The translations under genes and the position numbers were made by a program. Shown here one piece after another: positions 49,661 to 63,975 of a stretch of 64,000 nt of DNA (its first letter is position 1; every line of letters starts with the position of its first letter). This stretch comes from Octopus sinensis (Eukaryota). Below the pieces are notes generated by a model. The model saw only the letters and a list, made by a program, of their open reading frames with translations. It searched no databases and was not told the origin of the DNA. The stretch covers positions 33,616,464 through 33,680,463 of the forward strand of contig NC_043011.1 of assembly GCF_006345805.1 (NCBI RefSeq), read 5' to 3'.

Positions 49661-49759
49661 CCAATTTTAGAACAAGCAAAGGGTTAACACTTTGTCCTCT
49701 GATACACAACACATATTTCCCTGGCGTTCATGCATCATATATGATACACATACGCCATA

Positions 49760-50170
49760 CTCTTTTACTCTTTCGCTTGTTTTAGTCATTTTGACTACGG
49801 CCATGCTGGAGCACCGCCTTTAGTCGAACGAATCGAGTCCAGGACATATTCTTTGTAAGGCTTGTACTTAATATATCGGTCTATTTTGTTGAACCGTTAA
49901 GTTACGAAGATGTAAACGCACCAACATCGGTTGCCAAGCGATGGTACGGGGGAAAACACAGACACACAAACGCGCGCGCGCGCACACGCACACACACACA
50001 CACATATTATATATGCATACGACGGTCTTCTTTCAGTTTCCGTCTACCAAATCCACTCACAGGGCTTTGGTCGGCCCGAGGCTATAGTAGAAGACACTTG
50101 CCCAAGGTGCTACGCAGTGGGACTGAACCCGGGGGACCATGTGGTTCGCAAGCAAGCTACTTACCACACA
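49760..50170 (-). mobile_element. SINE family B, full length
   Basis: Family B consensus on the minus strand. Confidence 0.9.
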
Positions 50171-50618
50171 GCCACTCCTACGCCTTTAGGACAAACTTAT
50201 AAAAATTCTTTGCACTGGCAAAGAGTTAAGAATCCAAAATGGTGGTCAAAGTAGCGCGTAAACAAAAGTTCTAGAAGAAACAGTGTATAACAATATACAC
50301 AATTAATCAGTATGCACGCTAGTCACCTTAGTGAACTAGAATAGCCGAATTAATGATGCCAATTGTAATGGAGTCGCGGTGGTAAGGTCAATTGCTGCAG
50401 CATTTGAATGGATTAAATCAAGGCTAGGTTAGATGATCATAATTAGTGGGTGGAAGTTAATTTTAGACCGTATTGTAATTAATCATATCATGTTGATGGA
50501 GATCGGTGCAATCTAATACAGGGACAGTGAAGTGAATTAAGAAACCTGTAGGTATATGTATGCATTTCTGTGTATTCACACTGGCGTACACAAGCACATA
50601 CTCACATTCATACACACA

Positions 50619-50705
<87 letters not shown>

Positions 50706-50747
50706 ATATATGTATATGTATATATATATGTGTATATATATATGTAT

Positions 50748-50805
<58 letters not shown>

Positions 50806-51140
50806 CATACATATACATATATATATATATATATTATATTATATATATATATATATATATACATTCATACATACATATATATATGTACACACACGCATGC
50901 ACATACATTGTAATAACTCCATCTTGTCAGATATTACGCTATACATCATTGAATTATACTGACGTAGACTTTAGGGAAATTATGCTATTCTCAAAATATC
51001 TATAATAGAATACCTAGTATCAAGCGGAAGCAAAATGACCGGAAACTATATTTCGACCACAAGTTATATATCGGCGGTGGGGACCTTCTCCGACAAAAGA
51101 ATACCTACAAGTAGTATGTACGTATATATATATATGTATA

Positions 51141-51215
<75 letters not shown>

Positions 51216-51326
51216 CATATATATATTATACATATATATACATACATATATATATATATATACATACATATATATATACATATATATACATACACACATA
51301 TATATATATATACATACATACATACA

Positions 51327-51361
<35 letters not shown>

Positions 51362-51373
51362 GTGTGTGTGTGT

Positions 51374-51793
51374 AGGCGTAGGAGTGACTATGTGGTAAGT
51401 GGCTTACTTACCAACTACATGGTTCCGGGTTCAGTCCCACTGCGTGGCACCTTGGGCAAATGTCTTCTACTATAGCCTCGGGCCGACCAAAGCCTTGTGA
51501 GTGGATTTGGTAGACGGAAACTGAAAGAAGCCCGTCGTATATATGTACACGTATAGATATATATATGTGTGTGTATGTTTGTGTGTCTGTGTTTGTCCCC
51601 CCCCCTAACATCGCTTGACAACCGATGGTGGAGTGTTTACGTCCCCCGTAACTTAGCGGTTCGGCAAAATAAACCGATAGATTAAGTACTAGGCTTACAA
51701 TGAATAAGTCCTGGGCTCGATTTGCTTGACTGAAGGCGGTGCTCCAGCATGGCCACAGTCAAATGACTGAAACAAATAAAATGAGTAAAAAGA
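51374..51793 (+). mobile_element. SINE family B, full length (best-preserved copy)
   Basis: tRNA-like head, CORE-like tggcaccttgggcaaatgtcttc, central TG tract, tail ggcggtgctccagcatggccacagtcaaatgactgaaac. Confidence 0.9.
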
Positions 51794-51854
51794 GTATATA
51801 TATATATATTATATATATAATATATAATATATATATATATATATATAATACTCT

Positions 51855-51887
<33 letters not shown>

Positions 51888-51890
51888 ATA

Positions 51891-51938
<48 letters not shown>

Positions 51939-52739
51939 CTCTTATATATATATATATATATATCAAAACAGAATTATTAACGAAGGATTATCAATCCGAG
52001 CAAAATACTTTATAAGCTCTCTGTTAATACAAATACGCAAGGCTAACAAAACTTTTTAGATTTGTAAAGAACTCCGTGTATACTTATGGTAAGGTCCGAG
52101 GTTCTAGTTCATCACCATTATACATTGTAAATCTACGGTGGTGTTCTCAGTTAGACTGTTCTCTTACACAGGGTGATATACAAGATAAGGTATAAATAAT
52201 AGTCATTCGATATTTTTTCATTGTAGTAAGTTCGACTCACAGCTGTTTCCGGTAATCGTTACAGGTTCATTCATTGATCAGCTTATTGAATCGGTCCATT
52301 GATCGGTTGAGAAAAATTGAATGACCTTAAAGATTTAATGCTATTTTCGTCGGAGTAATAGTATTCTGATGGAAGACAAAGTAGAACAATGATAAATGAA
52401 CGATACAGGCTTCGGAAGGGGAGCGAACAGAGGCAAGAAGTATGAGGTGAGTGGAAGAGAAAGATAAGGAGAAAAATGGAAAAGGAAGTGATGAGCTGGA
52501 CAAGAAGAACAAAAGGAAAGAGAAAGAAAGAGCAAGAAGATATAGAATTGGGGCGGAGAGGCAAAGGGTGGATGAATGAAGACAGTAAGGGATATGTGAG
52601 TGCCAGAAATTAAAGAGGGAACAGTAATAAAAGCATATGTGGCCTTAGTGCTTGTAATCGGTCATCACACACCAAAATCTTTACATTGTCTTCGGTTCAG
52701 ATACACTCAAGATATTGCAATGAAATTTGATATCGTGTC

Positions 52740-52993
52740 CACTTACTTCCATGCTGGAGCACCGCCTTTAGTCGAACGAATCGACCCCTAGGACGTATTC
52801 TTTGTAAACCTAGAACTTATTCTATCGACTTATTTTGCCGAACCTCTAAGTTGCGGGGATGTAAACATCGGTTGTCAATCGACGGTTGGAGGACAGATAC
52901 AGACACACAAACATACACACACACACATATATATATACATATACATATACATATGTATATATGTATATATATATTATATATATATATATTATA

Positions 52994-53063
<70 letters not shown>

Positions 53064-53110
53064 TACGACGGGATTATTTCAGTTTCCGTCAACCAAATCC
53101 ACTCAAATAT
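52740..53110 (-). mobile_element. SINE family B, partial
   Basis: Family B 3' part on the minus strand with an expanded (TA)n centre. Confidence 0.8.
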
Positions 53111-53593
53111 ACTTGTGACAAGGTCCGAGGTTCAAGTTCATCACCATTCTTAAATCTCTAATATTGAGTTATTTATTATCATTATCTAACATTGGAAATG
53201 AAATATATCAGAAAAAGGAAAGATGAATTGAATGAAAAATCCAGCATCCACATTATTAAGATGGAAAGGTGGAGAAAGCGCTAGCATAAGTGGATAGCAA
53301 ACAGAGAGAAAATATTAAGTTAAAAATTAAAAATAAGATAAAAATTAAAAATTAAATAAAATAATAAATTTATTGTCTAGGCATCAAACCCATCTTGTAC
53401 ATTGTCTCTCACTACTGAAATAAGATTAACTAGGAAACCTGCTGAAGGGTGTATCATAGATGTGCTTACAGCGTATCGCTAATTCCTGTCTATGGCTAAA
53501 TATGTTACTGTCTGGCGTTAATATTTGGAGTGATTTCTCTAGGCAAAGTTCGTATCTCGTTCGTCCTATTTCATACGATTTTAATCCACTTCT

Positions 53594-53895
53594 GAAGGAG
53601 CATGGCTCAGTGGCTTGAGCGTCAGGCCTACAATCATGAAGTAGTGAGTTCGTATGTTGCGTTCTTGAGCAAGACACTTTATTTCACGTTGTTCCAGTTC
53701 AGTCTGCTATAGAAATGAGTAGCGACGTCACTGATGCCAAGCTGTATCGGGCTTTCCCTTTCCCTTGGATAACATCGGTGGTGGGGAGAGGGGAGGCGTG
53801 TATGCATGGGCGACTGCTAGTCGTCTATAAAGAACCTTACTCAGACTTGTGCCTCGAAGGGGAACTTTTTAGGTACAATCCTAATGGGTATAACC
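53594..53895 (+). mobile_element. SINE family C
   Basis: Homologous to 29322-29630. Confidence 0.75.
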
Positions 53896-53989
53896 CAGAT
53901 GGATATGAGGTCCACTTCAAATCGACCATTCTAATTCATATTTAGCTTTATTATCCTTAAATTGCCATATTAGCTTGCTAAGTGATGTC

Positions 53990-54212
53990 AGTTTTTATTT
54001 TTGTGTTTAAATGAGATGTGGTTGTAATAACGAAGCTTAAAGGTTGTTGCGCAACATCCTATGTAATAGTAAGTTTTCCTATGGGTAACTACCGCGTATT
54101 TGTATACCATATTCTTCTCAAAACATTTATTTAAAGGACAATTATTTTCTCCTCTACAGTTACAATCGATTTTGTGATTCTTATTACTACCACCTATATG
54201 GTTATGGACCAA
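53990..54212 (-). mobile_element. Penelope-like element GIY-YIG relic
   Basis: CNCRGENNCPLNKCFEKNMVYKYAVV...YYYIGCCATTFKLRYYNH matches the PLE pattern CNCR....CPL...C...N.VY...YIG.T...FK.RY.NH. Confidence 0.8.
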
Positions 54213-54274
54213 ATAATTATTATTATTGTTACTGTTTTATTATTATTAATATCATTATTATTATTATTATTATT

Positions 54275-54313
<39 letters not shown>

Positions 54314-54619
54314 GTCATCATCATCATCATCATCATTACTATTATTATTATTGTAGGCATTCACACTATAATTATTATCATTAATGTTATTATTCCTATC
54401 ATTATTACTATTATCACTATAACTACTATTGTTATCATTGCCACTACTCCTGTTATATTTATTATTGTCATTACTACTACAATTGATACTATCGTATTTC
54501 ATTGCATAACTGTTTCGCCATTGCTGATTGAATTAGCTTTCCTCCTCTCACCCCTTCCTTCATTCTTCCATCCTTTACCTCCTCTCTTCTATTGTGTCTT
54601 TCCCACTTCCTGTTCTTCC

Positions 54620-54905
54620 TCTTTCTGCGTGACACCTTGGGCAAGTGTCTTCTACTATAGCCTTGGGCCGACCAAAGCCTTGTGCGTGGATTTGGTAAAC
54701 GGAAACTGAAAGAAACCCATCGTATGTGTGTGTGTGTGTGTGTGTTTGTCCCCCCCCCCCACCATCGCTTGACAACCGATGTTGGTGTGTTTATATCCCC
54801 GCAACTGAGTGGTTCGGCAAAAAAGACCGATAGAATAAGTCCTGGGTTCGATTTGTTCGACTAAAGGCGGTGCTCAAGCATGACCGCAGTCAAATGACTA
54901 AATAA
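54620..54905 (+). mobile_element. SINE family B lacking the tRNA head
   Basis: Starts at gcgtgacaccttgggcaagtgtcttc. Confidence 0.85.
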
Positions 54906-55023
54906 AAAGAATAACAGAAAAGAATAAAAGTATGCCATGATAGATATAAATGGTATATTTAAATATGTATTTGTTTCGTATGAATATCTAAGTAAGTATG
55001 CAAGCATTTGTGTGTGTGTGTGT

Positions 55024-55075
<52 letters not shown>

Positions 55076-55362
55076 GTATAATATAGCTGGTTGCAAAAAG
55101 GCATCATACTCAGTGAAAAATTCCATGAGGGAATTAAGTCCTTAGTCAGCGTGGGTGGCAATTCTATGAACACCTGCTTCAGGAGGCGCCCATCATTGCC
55201 ACTTGTGTGCAAAACATTGTGGGACCCTAGGCAGACTGAACGCCACATCCGTGCTGTTTATGTATATGAGAACAATCAAGCGACCGTGTTTCGTGCGCCC
55301 GTGTGTGTGTGCACACTCACGTGCGCGTAGATGCTGGTTTTTTTTGTTTTGTTTTGTTTCAG

Positions 55363-55397
55363 ACCTGAATTGGAACAAAATTAGACAACCAGACAAG
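55363..55397 (+). other. Candidate isolated 35-nt exon, (D)LNWNKIRQPDK
   Basis: Acceptor tttttttgttttgttttgtttcAG and donor AAG|GTATGT; only one of the three frames is open. Confidence 0.3.
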
Positions 55398-55974
55398 GTA
55401 TGTCTTAACACAGCCACTGTACATAAAAGATACTTAACACTCTTAAACGTCCCAATCGACCTAAATATAAATAAGTCCTGTATGGCTGAAGTAAGTTATT
55501 ATTGTAAGTAACAGAAGCAATCACCGTAAAATTGGTACGTTTTCTACTAGCTTCAACTCTTTCTTGTTAGTAAATGTTAAAGAGCGATGCTCTGCACCAA
55601 GCTAACATGGCCAAAATACACAACATAACGTTGAAATCTTTGGTGGTGCCCCTGAGTCTCAACTGCATTGCAGAACTCATCAATTATTGCTATATATTTT
55701 ATTGACTTCGAAAGAATACAAAACTATGTTGACCTTCTACAGTGTTTGAATTTAGAACCACCATGAGACACTGAGCATTAAATTATATTATAGTGTAAAT
55801 TACCCAGTTAGAATCTGAATGTATATATTAAGATTGGATGTTACAACAACCAATCTCTAAATATACATTCGGATTTCAGCCGTCGTTTAAATGTCACTAA
55901 GCAAATACTTATGTAAACATATAAGTAATTTCTCTATTGATGAAGCAACTTTTCACGGAGCAAAAAAAATGTGC

Positions 55975-56847
55975 GGTGTGTTCGGGTTAAATTTAACAAA
56001 TTTTATGTCCATTTTCTTTTCAGAAACAGATTGGTATATTGATGAATAGTCAACGGCGTTGGAGAGCATAAAAATTAAAGTTGTACTTGAAATAAAGTTA
56101 GCTGATATGGAGAGATAGAAGCCATGTGAATATTGGAAAAGTATTACCAATATTATGACGACTTGTGTCGGGTATCAAAATGGTGACTTCGTGACTGCTG
56201 CTAAATGTTTTGTGGACATTGTAAAAGCTGTAAGATGTGACATGGACAGCTACAATGGAAACTACGAGGCCGTGACCACCAAGAAGGGACTGAAAAGGCG
56301 TTCTGGTTGCGTTCGCACGCGGGAATTTATCCAACAACTGATGAACAGGGTCTTAGGTTCAGTTCAGACGGCTATGTAAAACTGCTGAAGACTGGTCAAA
56401 CCCTGACTGGAGAGGGTTTCTGCTGAAAGGTCATTTGTGTGGCAGCAACATTCGGCTTCTTGTCATACCTCTGGAAAGAGTCAGAAGTGGTTCTCTGAGA
56501 ATTTGTACGACTTAACCAGCCACGATTTCTGGCATTTTAATCCCTCCGATGACACTATATGGTTGGAAAAGGCACAAACCGCGCTGCCTGCAACATCAAG
56601 GTCGAGATGGCAGCCAAAATCAAGGAGGTGTTCGAAAATTTTTCCAGGGACACATGCGCCAGTTGGAGGAATCCTCTTCAGGCTATGGCGGAAGCTGAGG
56701 GCGGCTACTTCAAGTAAACTGTTATCACCCAACAATAATCTAGTTGATATTTTTTTTATTTAAAAAAAAATACTTTTATTTTTGGATGGTATATTCTGTT
56801 TTCTTTTCTTTTTAAGCAAACTGTCGAATTTATTCCGAACACCCTTG
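55975..56847 (+). mobile_element. Internally deleted maT-like Tc1/mariner relic (second subfamily)
   Basis: KRRSGCVRTREFIQQL and WQQHSASCHTSGKSQKWFSEN resemble the DD37D copies; imperfect TIRs gtgttcgggttaaattt / aatttattccgaacaccc. Confidence 0.75.
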
Positions 56848-56982
56848 TATAACTATGTATTCGCACATAACCACTTTAATAACAGTATCGCATATAACTC
56901 ACAAGAAAGACAAAACAATTCTGCATTAGAGATTGAAATACGTTCTGCTTTGGTTCATGTATCTGCTTTGATACATGTATAA

Positions 56983-57510
56983 TCTATTATATAAAATCCG
57001 TTCTGTCTGTCTGTGTGTGTGTGTGTGTGTCTTCTAGGATCTCGGGCATCTTCCATCCGATTGCGCTCTAATTTGGTATGTAAGATACCGACGGTATCGG
57101 GGCGTGCATAAGTCTTGAAAAAATTACAAAAATCGATTCCAGGTGAGTATGCGATCGATAAAGCCGTGGGAACGTGCATTTGTAAAATCGTTTTTCTTGG
57201 AATAGAAAAAAGTATATCTTTATTTCTTCTTTTGATGGTGTCTCAAATTTAGGTCAAATCAGTGTTTCTCAAAGGGGAGGCCTATGGGACAGTCGGACAA
57301 GTTGTTTTGAGAAAATTTGGTTTAAATGTTTGGCAACTCAGCACCGTCCATTGGACGAGGGGGTGCATTTTGCTTGTGCAAGTATAAAATCCTTAAATTG
57401 TTAGAGTATGTATCCAATGTTTATCATAACTGAGTTTTTTAAATAAAATCTTTGTAAATTTTTTCTGGCTGACCAGCGTACAGCGTTATCGCATATGGAC
57501 TCGTGACAAA
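56983..57510 (+). mobile_element. Possible non-autonomous Helitron-like element
   Basis: Starts a|TCTATTATATAAAA followed by ctgtctgtctgtgtgtg, typical of Helitron 5' ends; internal hairpin gataccg-a-cggtatc; the 3' CTAG end is not clearly seen. Confidence 0.4.
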
Positions 57511-58264
57511 AAGTTCAGAAAACTTAAATGCATGAAAAGAATAAATAAATAAGAAAACATTTTGAATCAAGTTCTCCAATATTGTAAATGTGATAAATGA
57601 ATTAAAAAAAAAAGGTAACACTTATTACAACTTTTGATCAAATAAATGAAAAAGATATCGAACTGCGTAGTTAAATTGTTAACATCGCTCACTGCTTCAT
57701 AAAAGGAAACCAGCCACTGTCAGGAATGGAGGACGAAGGAGAATATCTCTTAGATCCGTGATTTTCTGAAACTCATTCATTGCAGTGCATATTAACCGAA
57801 CTGACAAGAAATGAAAATTTTAGTAAAATTATCGGAAACTAATAAACTAATAATAAAAAAAACGTGTTATTATTGATGAAGTTTTATTAATTTTTAGGAA
57901 ATCTGGGCATGCAATATTTCCAGAATATGAATTAGATAATTATTCACCAATTACGGCTCTTGAGTTGGTAAAATTAGAAGCAACCGCAGCAGAAGATATG
58001 TGTAACGTGCTACGACATTAAATAATGTATGATTTGGTACAGAATATTTAAAGAAAGGTTTTATCGGATTTTGCTTTTGTTTCAACGGAACTCCTACCAA
58101 ACTATGACGAAAATCTGGGCTCCCTAAGACATTATTTAAGGAATTCTAAACATATTTTGGTATCTGAATCCTCCTTCACAACTTGTTTTAGATAATGCAA
58201 TAAGTGAAATCAATGAAACTACTTCAGGAGTTTAGTGATGAGGTTGGGGCTAACATTTATACTT

Positions 58265-58652
58265 ACATCTTCTTTCAGTCATTAGACTGCGACCATGCTG
58301 GTGCACCGCCTTGAACAATTTTTAGTCGAATGAATCAACCCCGGGTACTTATTCTATCGATCTCTTTTGTCGAACCGCCAAGTTACGGGGACGTAAATAT
58401 ACCAGCACTGGTTGTCAAGCGGTGACGGGATGACAAACACTGACACAAAGACACACACTCACACATAAATATATACATACATATATACAATGAGCTTCTT
58501 TCAGTTTCCGTCTATGAAATCCACTCACAAGGAATTGGTCGGACCGAGGCTATAGCAGAAGACATTTGCCCAAATCGCAGTGGGGTTGAACCCTGAACCA
58601 TGTGGTATATGGTTGGGAAGTAAGCTTTATACCACACAGCTATGCCTACGCC
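58265..58652 (-). mobile_element. SINE family B, full length
   Basis: Family B consensus on the minus strand. Confidence 0.85.
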
Positions 58653-58729
58653 TAATTACTATTATTTTTCTTTTTCATCTATTTAATAAAAGTCGGCTGT
58701 AACCTTAAGATTTGTTGCAAAACTACATA

Positions 58730-59405
58730 TTAGTTTCAAATTTTGGCACAAGGCCAGCAGTTTTGTGGGAGGGGTTAAGTTGAGTATTGTGACCCCAGTG
58801 CTCAACTGGTACTTATCTTATTGACCCTGAAAGGATGAAAGGCAAAATCAACCTCGACGGAACTTGAGCTCAGAACATAAAGACGTAGGAAATTCCGCTA
58901 AGCATTTGGTTCGGCTAGCTAACGATTCTACCAGCTTGCCGCCCTAATAATAATAATAATAATAATAATTACTATAGGCACAAGGCCTGAAATTTTGGGG
59001 AAGAGGACAGTCGATTACATCGACGCCAGTACTTAACTGGTACTTATTTTATCTAATCCGAAAAGATGAAAGGCCAAGTCAACCTCGGGAGAATTTGAAC
59101 TCAGAACGTGAAGACGAACGAGATGCCGCTAAGCATTTCGCCCGGCATGCTAACGATTCTGCCATTTCACCGTCTTAATGATGATAATGATAATAATAAT
59201 AATAGTCCTTTCTACTAATGGCACAACGCCTGAAATTTTGGGGGAGGGGATAAGTCGATTACATCAACCCCAGTGTTTCACTGGTACTTAATTCATCGAC
59301 CCCAAAATATTGAAAGGCAAAGTCAACCTTGGCGGAATTTGAACTTAAAACGTAAAGACGCACGAAATTCCGCGATGTATTTTGCATGGCGTGCTAACGA
59401 TTCTG
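58730..59405 (-). mobile_element. Three tandem SINE A (short-tail) copies separated by (AAT)n
   Basis: Repeated aaattttgg...atcgaccccagt...aaaggcaaagtcaacctcggc...tttgaactcagaacgt...gctaacgattct. Confidence 0.85.
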
Positions 59406-59989
59406 CATATTGATAGTCAAAGTAAGTTTCCTTTTTGAGCCCATGCTGTGCTTCGTGTAGCTTCAAATCTTCTATGGCAGTATGGAGAGCTCATGTAGCT
59501 CCTTATATTTTTTTTACTTAAAAGACAAGAAGTTTTCTAGCAGACCGAAAAATATTGAAAAGCAATACAGTTAATTATGAGACTTCACTTTCACAACCAA
59601 CACAATGAATAAACTTGCATAATTATCAAATGCACTGCAAGGAAGACAATGGAGTTTCACAGGAGCTGATAAAATCTCAAACGTACAATTAATTTGTTTA
59701 TATAATTAAAAAAAAAGACTAGTTTTGATGTGCCAAAAAGAAAAAGATAAATGAATACAATTAGTGATTAAATTATTGCTATGAGAAAAATGAATACGAG
59801 ATTGCATAATCGATAAAATGAAAGTATGATTTATTAAGTAAAAAAAATACATTACGTTTTAAAAGGGATAATTTTAGTTGCGTTAATAATAATATAAATG
59901 AAATTGTTTTGTATTTCAATTCGTGAACCGTCGAAGACGTCAAGAGATAGTTGGAAATTCGGAGAGAGAGAAAATTTTACACAAATTAT

Positions 59990-60480
59990 TGGCGCAGGTA
60001 TGGCTGAGTGGTTAAGAAGTTCGCTTCACAGTCACATAGTCTCGGGTTCAATTCCACTGTATGGCTGAGTGGTTAAGAAGTTCGCTTCACAGTCACATAG
60101 TCTCGGGTTCAATTCCACTGCTTGGCACTTATTGCATGCATTTTCCGCTAGAGCCCCGATCTAAACAATGTCTTGTGAGGGAATCTGGGAGACAGAAACT
60201 GTGTGGAAGCCCCTCATATATATACATATTCCAGACATGACGGTTCAAAGGAATCTGTGTAAGAGCGTGTGTGCGCATGCGCGTCATTGTGCATTCACCT
60301 TCGCTTGACAACCAGAATGAGCGTCTTCACGATAGAATAAATAAATAGATATATACCGATCGAATAAATACCGAACTTTAAAAAATGTAAGTATTGGGGA
60401 CTGGGGGCGATTTGTTAGAGTAAATTTTTCAAGGTTGTGCTCTAGCATGGCCGCAGTCCAAAGACGGAACTAAGTAAAAG
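59990..60480 (+). mobile_element. SINE B-related copy with a perfect 61-bp duplication of the tRNA head (59998-60058, 60059-60119)
   Basis: gtatggctgagtggttaagaagttcgcttcacagtcacatagtctcgggttcaattccact x2. Confidence 0.85.
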
Positions 60481-60899
60481 AATTTAAAAAAATAATAAAA
60501 GTTGAAATTGATTTAAATGATTATCGTAACTATATACACAAAAGCACTGTTCAACGGAAAGATCTCACTTGCAAAAACAATAATAAAAAAAGGCAAAAAA
60601 CAAGTCTTAAACACTATTACAAACAGTTTCACCGGAGCAGAGAGAGAGAGAGTGAAAGAGTAACGTTTGCCGTTGATCAATGATATCATTTGTAGTGGTG
60701 ATAAAAGACAAAGTCAAACAACTAAACTCAAATCATGCTTTATGGCTATCAATTTGTTAGAGAAACCATTAAACTTCTGCAACGCATTACCATATGCCCA
60801 ATGATGGATGAGATGTCATCGATTCACTTTGTACACCAGAGTTCGCATATTCGAAAATAACAGTTTACGAAGAAAATCAAGAAGCTATTTGGAAATTAC

Positions 60900-61135
<236 letters not shown>

Positions 61136-61344
61136 GTGGTTATAATTTGTACAAAAATGTTTAAATTCTTTCAAAAATTTACATTTAAAAGAAAAGCAGT
61201 ATCGATAATTATGGTATTGCTAATAATTTATTATTATCAAAGTTGAATTAAGTTTAAAATTTTTAAACGTTGATCGATATTTTATTACTAAATTCGAAAA
61301 TTGAAAAAGAATAATGATGGCTGCTCTGCGCATGTGTGTGTGCG

Positions 61345-61395
<51 letters not shown>

Positions 61396-62299
61396 CTGTC
61401 TGTATGTCTGCCTGTGCGTATATTTGTGTTCTGTGCGTGCGTTTGAGTGTGTATGTATGTATAAACAAATATAAGTGTGTACGTGTGTGTGTGTATATAT
61501 ATATATACATACACACACACATATATACATATACGCATATACATATTCACACACATATAAGCACATATGTACGTGTGGTTGCATGCGTGTATGTTTATAT
61601 AATACAAAGACATACATACAAACATACATACATACATACATACATACATACATACATACATACATACATACACGATGTGTCTACATATGCTGTATGTATA
61701 CGTATGTATATTCAGCCATTACAGACACAAACGTCAGATAACTTGATACTCAACCATGAAGTCTTTTATAAACCACTCCAATATAAATTCATCATGTTTC
61801 TCTCGGCCTTTATTCATCGGTCATTTACGTTCATGTATCGTCTGCTAAATAATGGCGATTACCATGTTCTATAAAAACTACTGGGAAATATCAGATTACT
61901 CGGAACTCATTGCTTTTTTATATATATATATAATGGTTTCTGATTGAGCTGCAACACGATCAGCAATTTTGAAGGAATGGGGGTGGAGTAATCGATATCA
62001 CCAACCGTAGTTCATGACTGGTATTTTAATTTATCGATCCCCGATCCGGAGGGACGAAAAGTAAAGTTGACCTCGGCAAAAATAATAAAATGAGTTTTGG
62101 GTGCTCCATTGGTAAATTGTTGTTGTTCTTGTTGTTGTTGTTGTTGTTGTTCTTCTTCTTCTTCTTCTTCTTCTTCTTTTTCTTCCAATCAGGACTCACT
62201 CCATTAGCCACAAAGAATAATCTCTAATTCGAGCCTACTCTAAGCTACAAAGAATGCGTGTGGCAACTTGAAGATCCACCCACCACACGCGATAGACTG

Positions 62300-62662
62300 G
62301 CGGTTGCACGGGCGCGAAAGCTACGTTGTTATCCTCATTCCGTAAACGGTGGCTTTTTTAACGGGTGGAGAGCTGAACCATCCTGGGGTACAGAGGATTC
62401 GCAATCCAGACTAGGGTCTGAACGTTTACCACACCCTAGTGGGTTACACCATGGTTCCTCTACTTTGTGGCAGAAGTAGAAAGAAAGAGTGAGAGAAAGT
62501 TGTGGTGAAAGAGTACAGCGGGGTTCACCACCAACACCGCCGGAGCCTCGTGAAACTTAGGTGTTTTTGTTCAATAAATACTCACAATGCCCGGTCTGGG
62601 AATCGAAACCGCGTTCTTACGACCGCGAGTCCGCTGCCCTAACCACTGGGCCATTGCGTCTC
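62300..62662 (-). mobile_element. tRNA-derived SINE (further family)
   Basis: Minus strand: ggagacgcaatggcccagtggttagggcagcggactcgcggtcgtaagaacgcggtttcgattcccagacc. The left boundary is uncertain. Confidence 0.65.
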
Positions 62663-63551
62663 CACTGTTGTTGTTCTTGTTGCTGTTATGATTGTTCATG
62701 TTCTGCTTATTGTTGCTGTTGCTTTTATTCTTGTCCTTGTTACTGCTATCTTTGGTCTTGTTCTTGTTACTGCCGCTGATGTTGTTGTTGTTATTGTTGT
62801 TGTTGGTATTATTGCAGCTGTTATTATTGTTGTGGTTGATATTGTGTTTGTTGCTGCTGCTTCGGTTATTATTTTTGTTGTTGCTGTTGTTGCTACTGCT
62901 ATTGCTGTTGCTGTTTACGGCTGCTGTTATTCTCGTTTGTTTTTATTGTTGTTGTTGTTGCTGCTGCTGTTGATGTCGCTGCTCTTGTTGATGTCGCTGC
63001 TCTTGTTGATGTTGTAACTGAAGCTGTCTTTATTTCAGCCCCAGTCCTGCTATAGTCGACCTACACCTTCTAATAACTGTTCATTTAAAAGTCGACTCAT
63101 GGTTCAAAAATATAAGTCTGTCGAATAGAGATATTTCTTTGGTATGTCCGTTCCATCCCTGAAATCACTGACATTGTTGTCGCAGTCTGTGGCAATCTGA
63201 ATGTCTTTAGTAATGCCTATAGTAATGGTAGATATAATTCCTGAATTTCAAATCCAAAATTCAAATATTGCCAAATATTATAAAGAAATTCAGAAATTAT
63301 AAGGAAAAAGGATGCACAGTCTTTCCATATCCAATTATTTCTTCTTCTTTTTCTGTCATTTACTTATTACGAAGTTCTAAAAGTTTCTAGTCAGCTGTAT
63401 TCATGTTTAGGACTATTTCATTCTTTTTAGAAACCATCAGTATGATATTGCCTGAGATATATCAATTAAACATTTTACGAAGCGAGACATTTCTTAGGGA
63501 CAGAAAGTAACTACAATCTGGAAGAAATTCATAGAATGTGTTTTTTCTTTC

Positions 63552-63626
63552 TTTTTATCTTTCTACCAAGGGTCTATTTTTATCTTTCTACCAAGGGTCT
63601 ATTTTTATCTTTCTACAAAGGTCCTA
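63552..63626. repeat. 25-bp tandem repeat x3 (tttttatctttctaccaagggtcta)
   Basis: Two perfect copies and one degenerate copy. Confidence 0.9.
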
Positions 63627-63719
63627 TTTCAAATTTCTACAGAGCCCTAAAAATGTGTGATTACGAAAAGCATTCAAGAAAAACTTTGACTTAGCTTTGT
63701 CATGATTCCTATAACTTCT

Positions 63720-63975
63720 AAGGCTAGAACTTTACCTGGTTTCCATGGCAGCTAAGTGGCTGGGATTACAACACTCTTCCCCTGCTTGGGATGCCAGTCC
63801 ATTGCAGCTTTAACTTCCAAATTATTGCTGGGATTCATTTTACAGTTGAATAGACTGGTGCAACATGAAATTAACTATTTTGTTCAAGAACCAACACACT
63901 GCCTGGTCCGGAAATCGAAACCACGAGCGTAAGATTCAGAGAATAACACCCTAACCACTAGGCCACGCGCCTTTA
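63720..63975 (-). mobile_element. tRNA-derived SINE, family C-related head
   Basis: Minus strand: aggcgcgtggcctagtggttagggtg...gtttcgatttcc...gttcttgaacaaaa...gactggcatccc. Confidence 0.7.

Noticed and set aside
63104-63216. Possible minus-strand terminal exon (GITKDIQIATDCDNNVSDFRDG...)
   Set aside because: Short, modest acceptor, no homology recognised; chance level.
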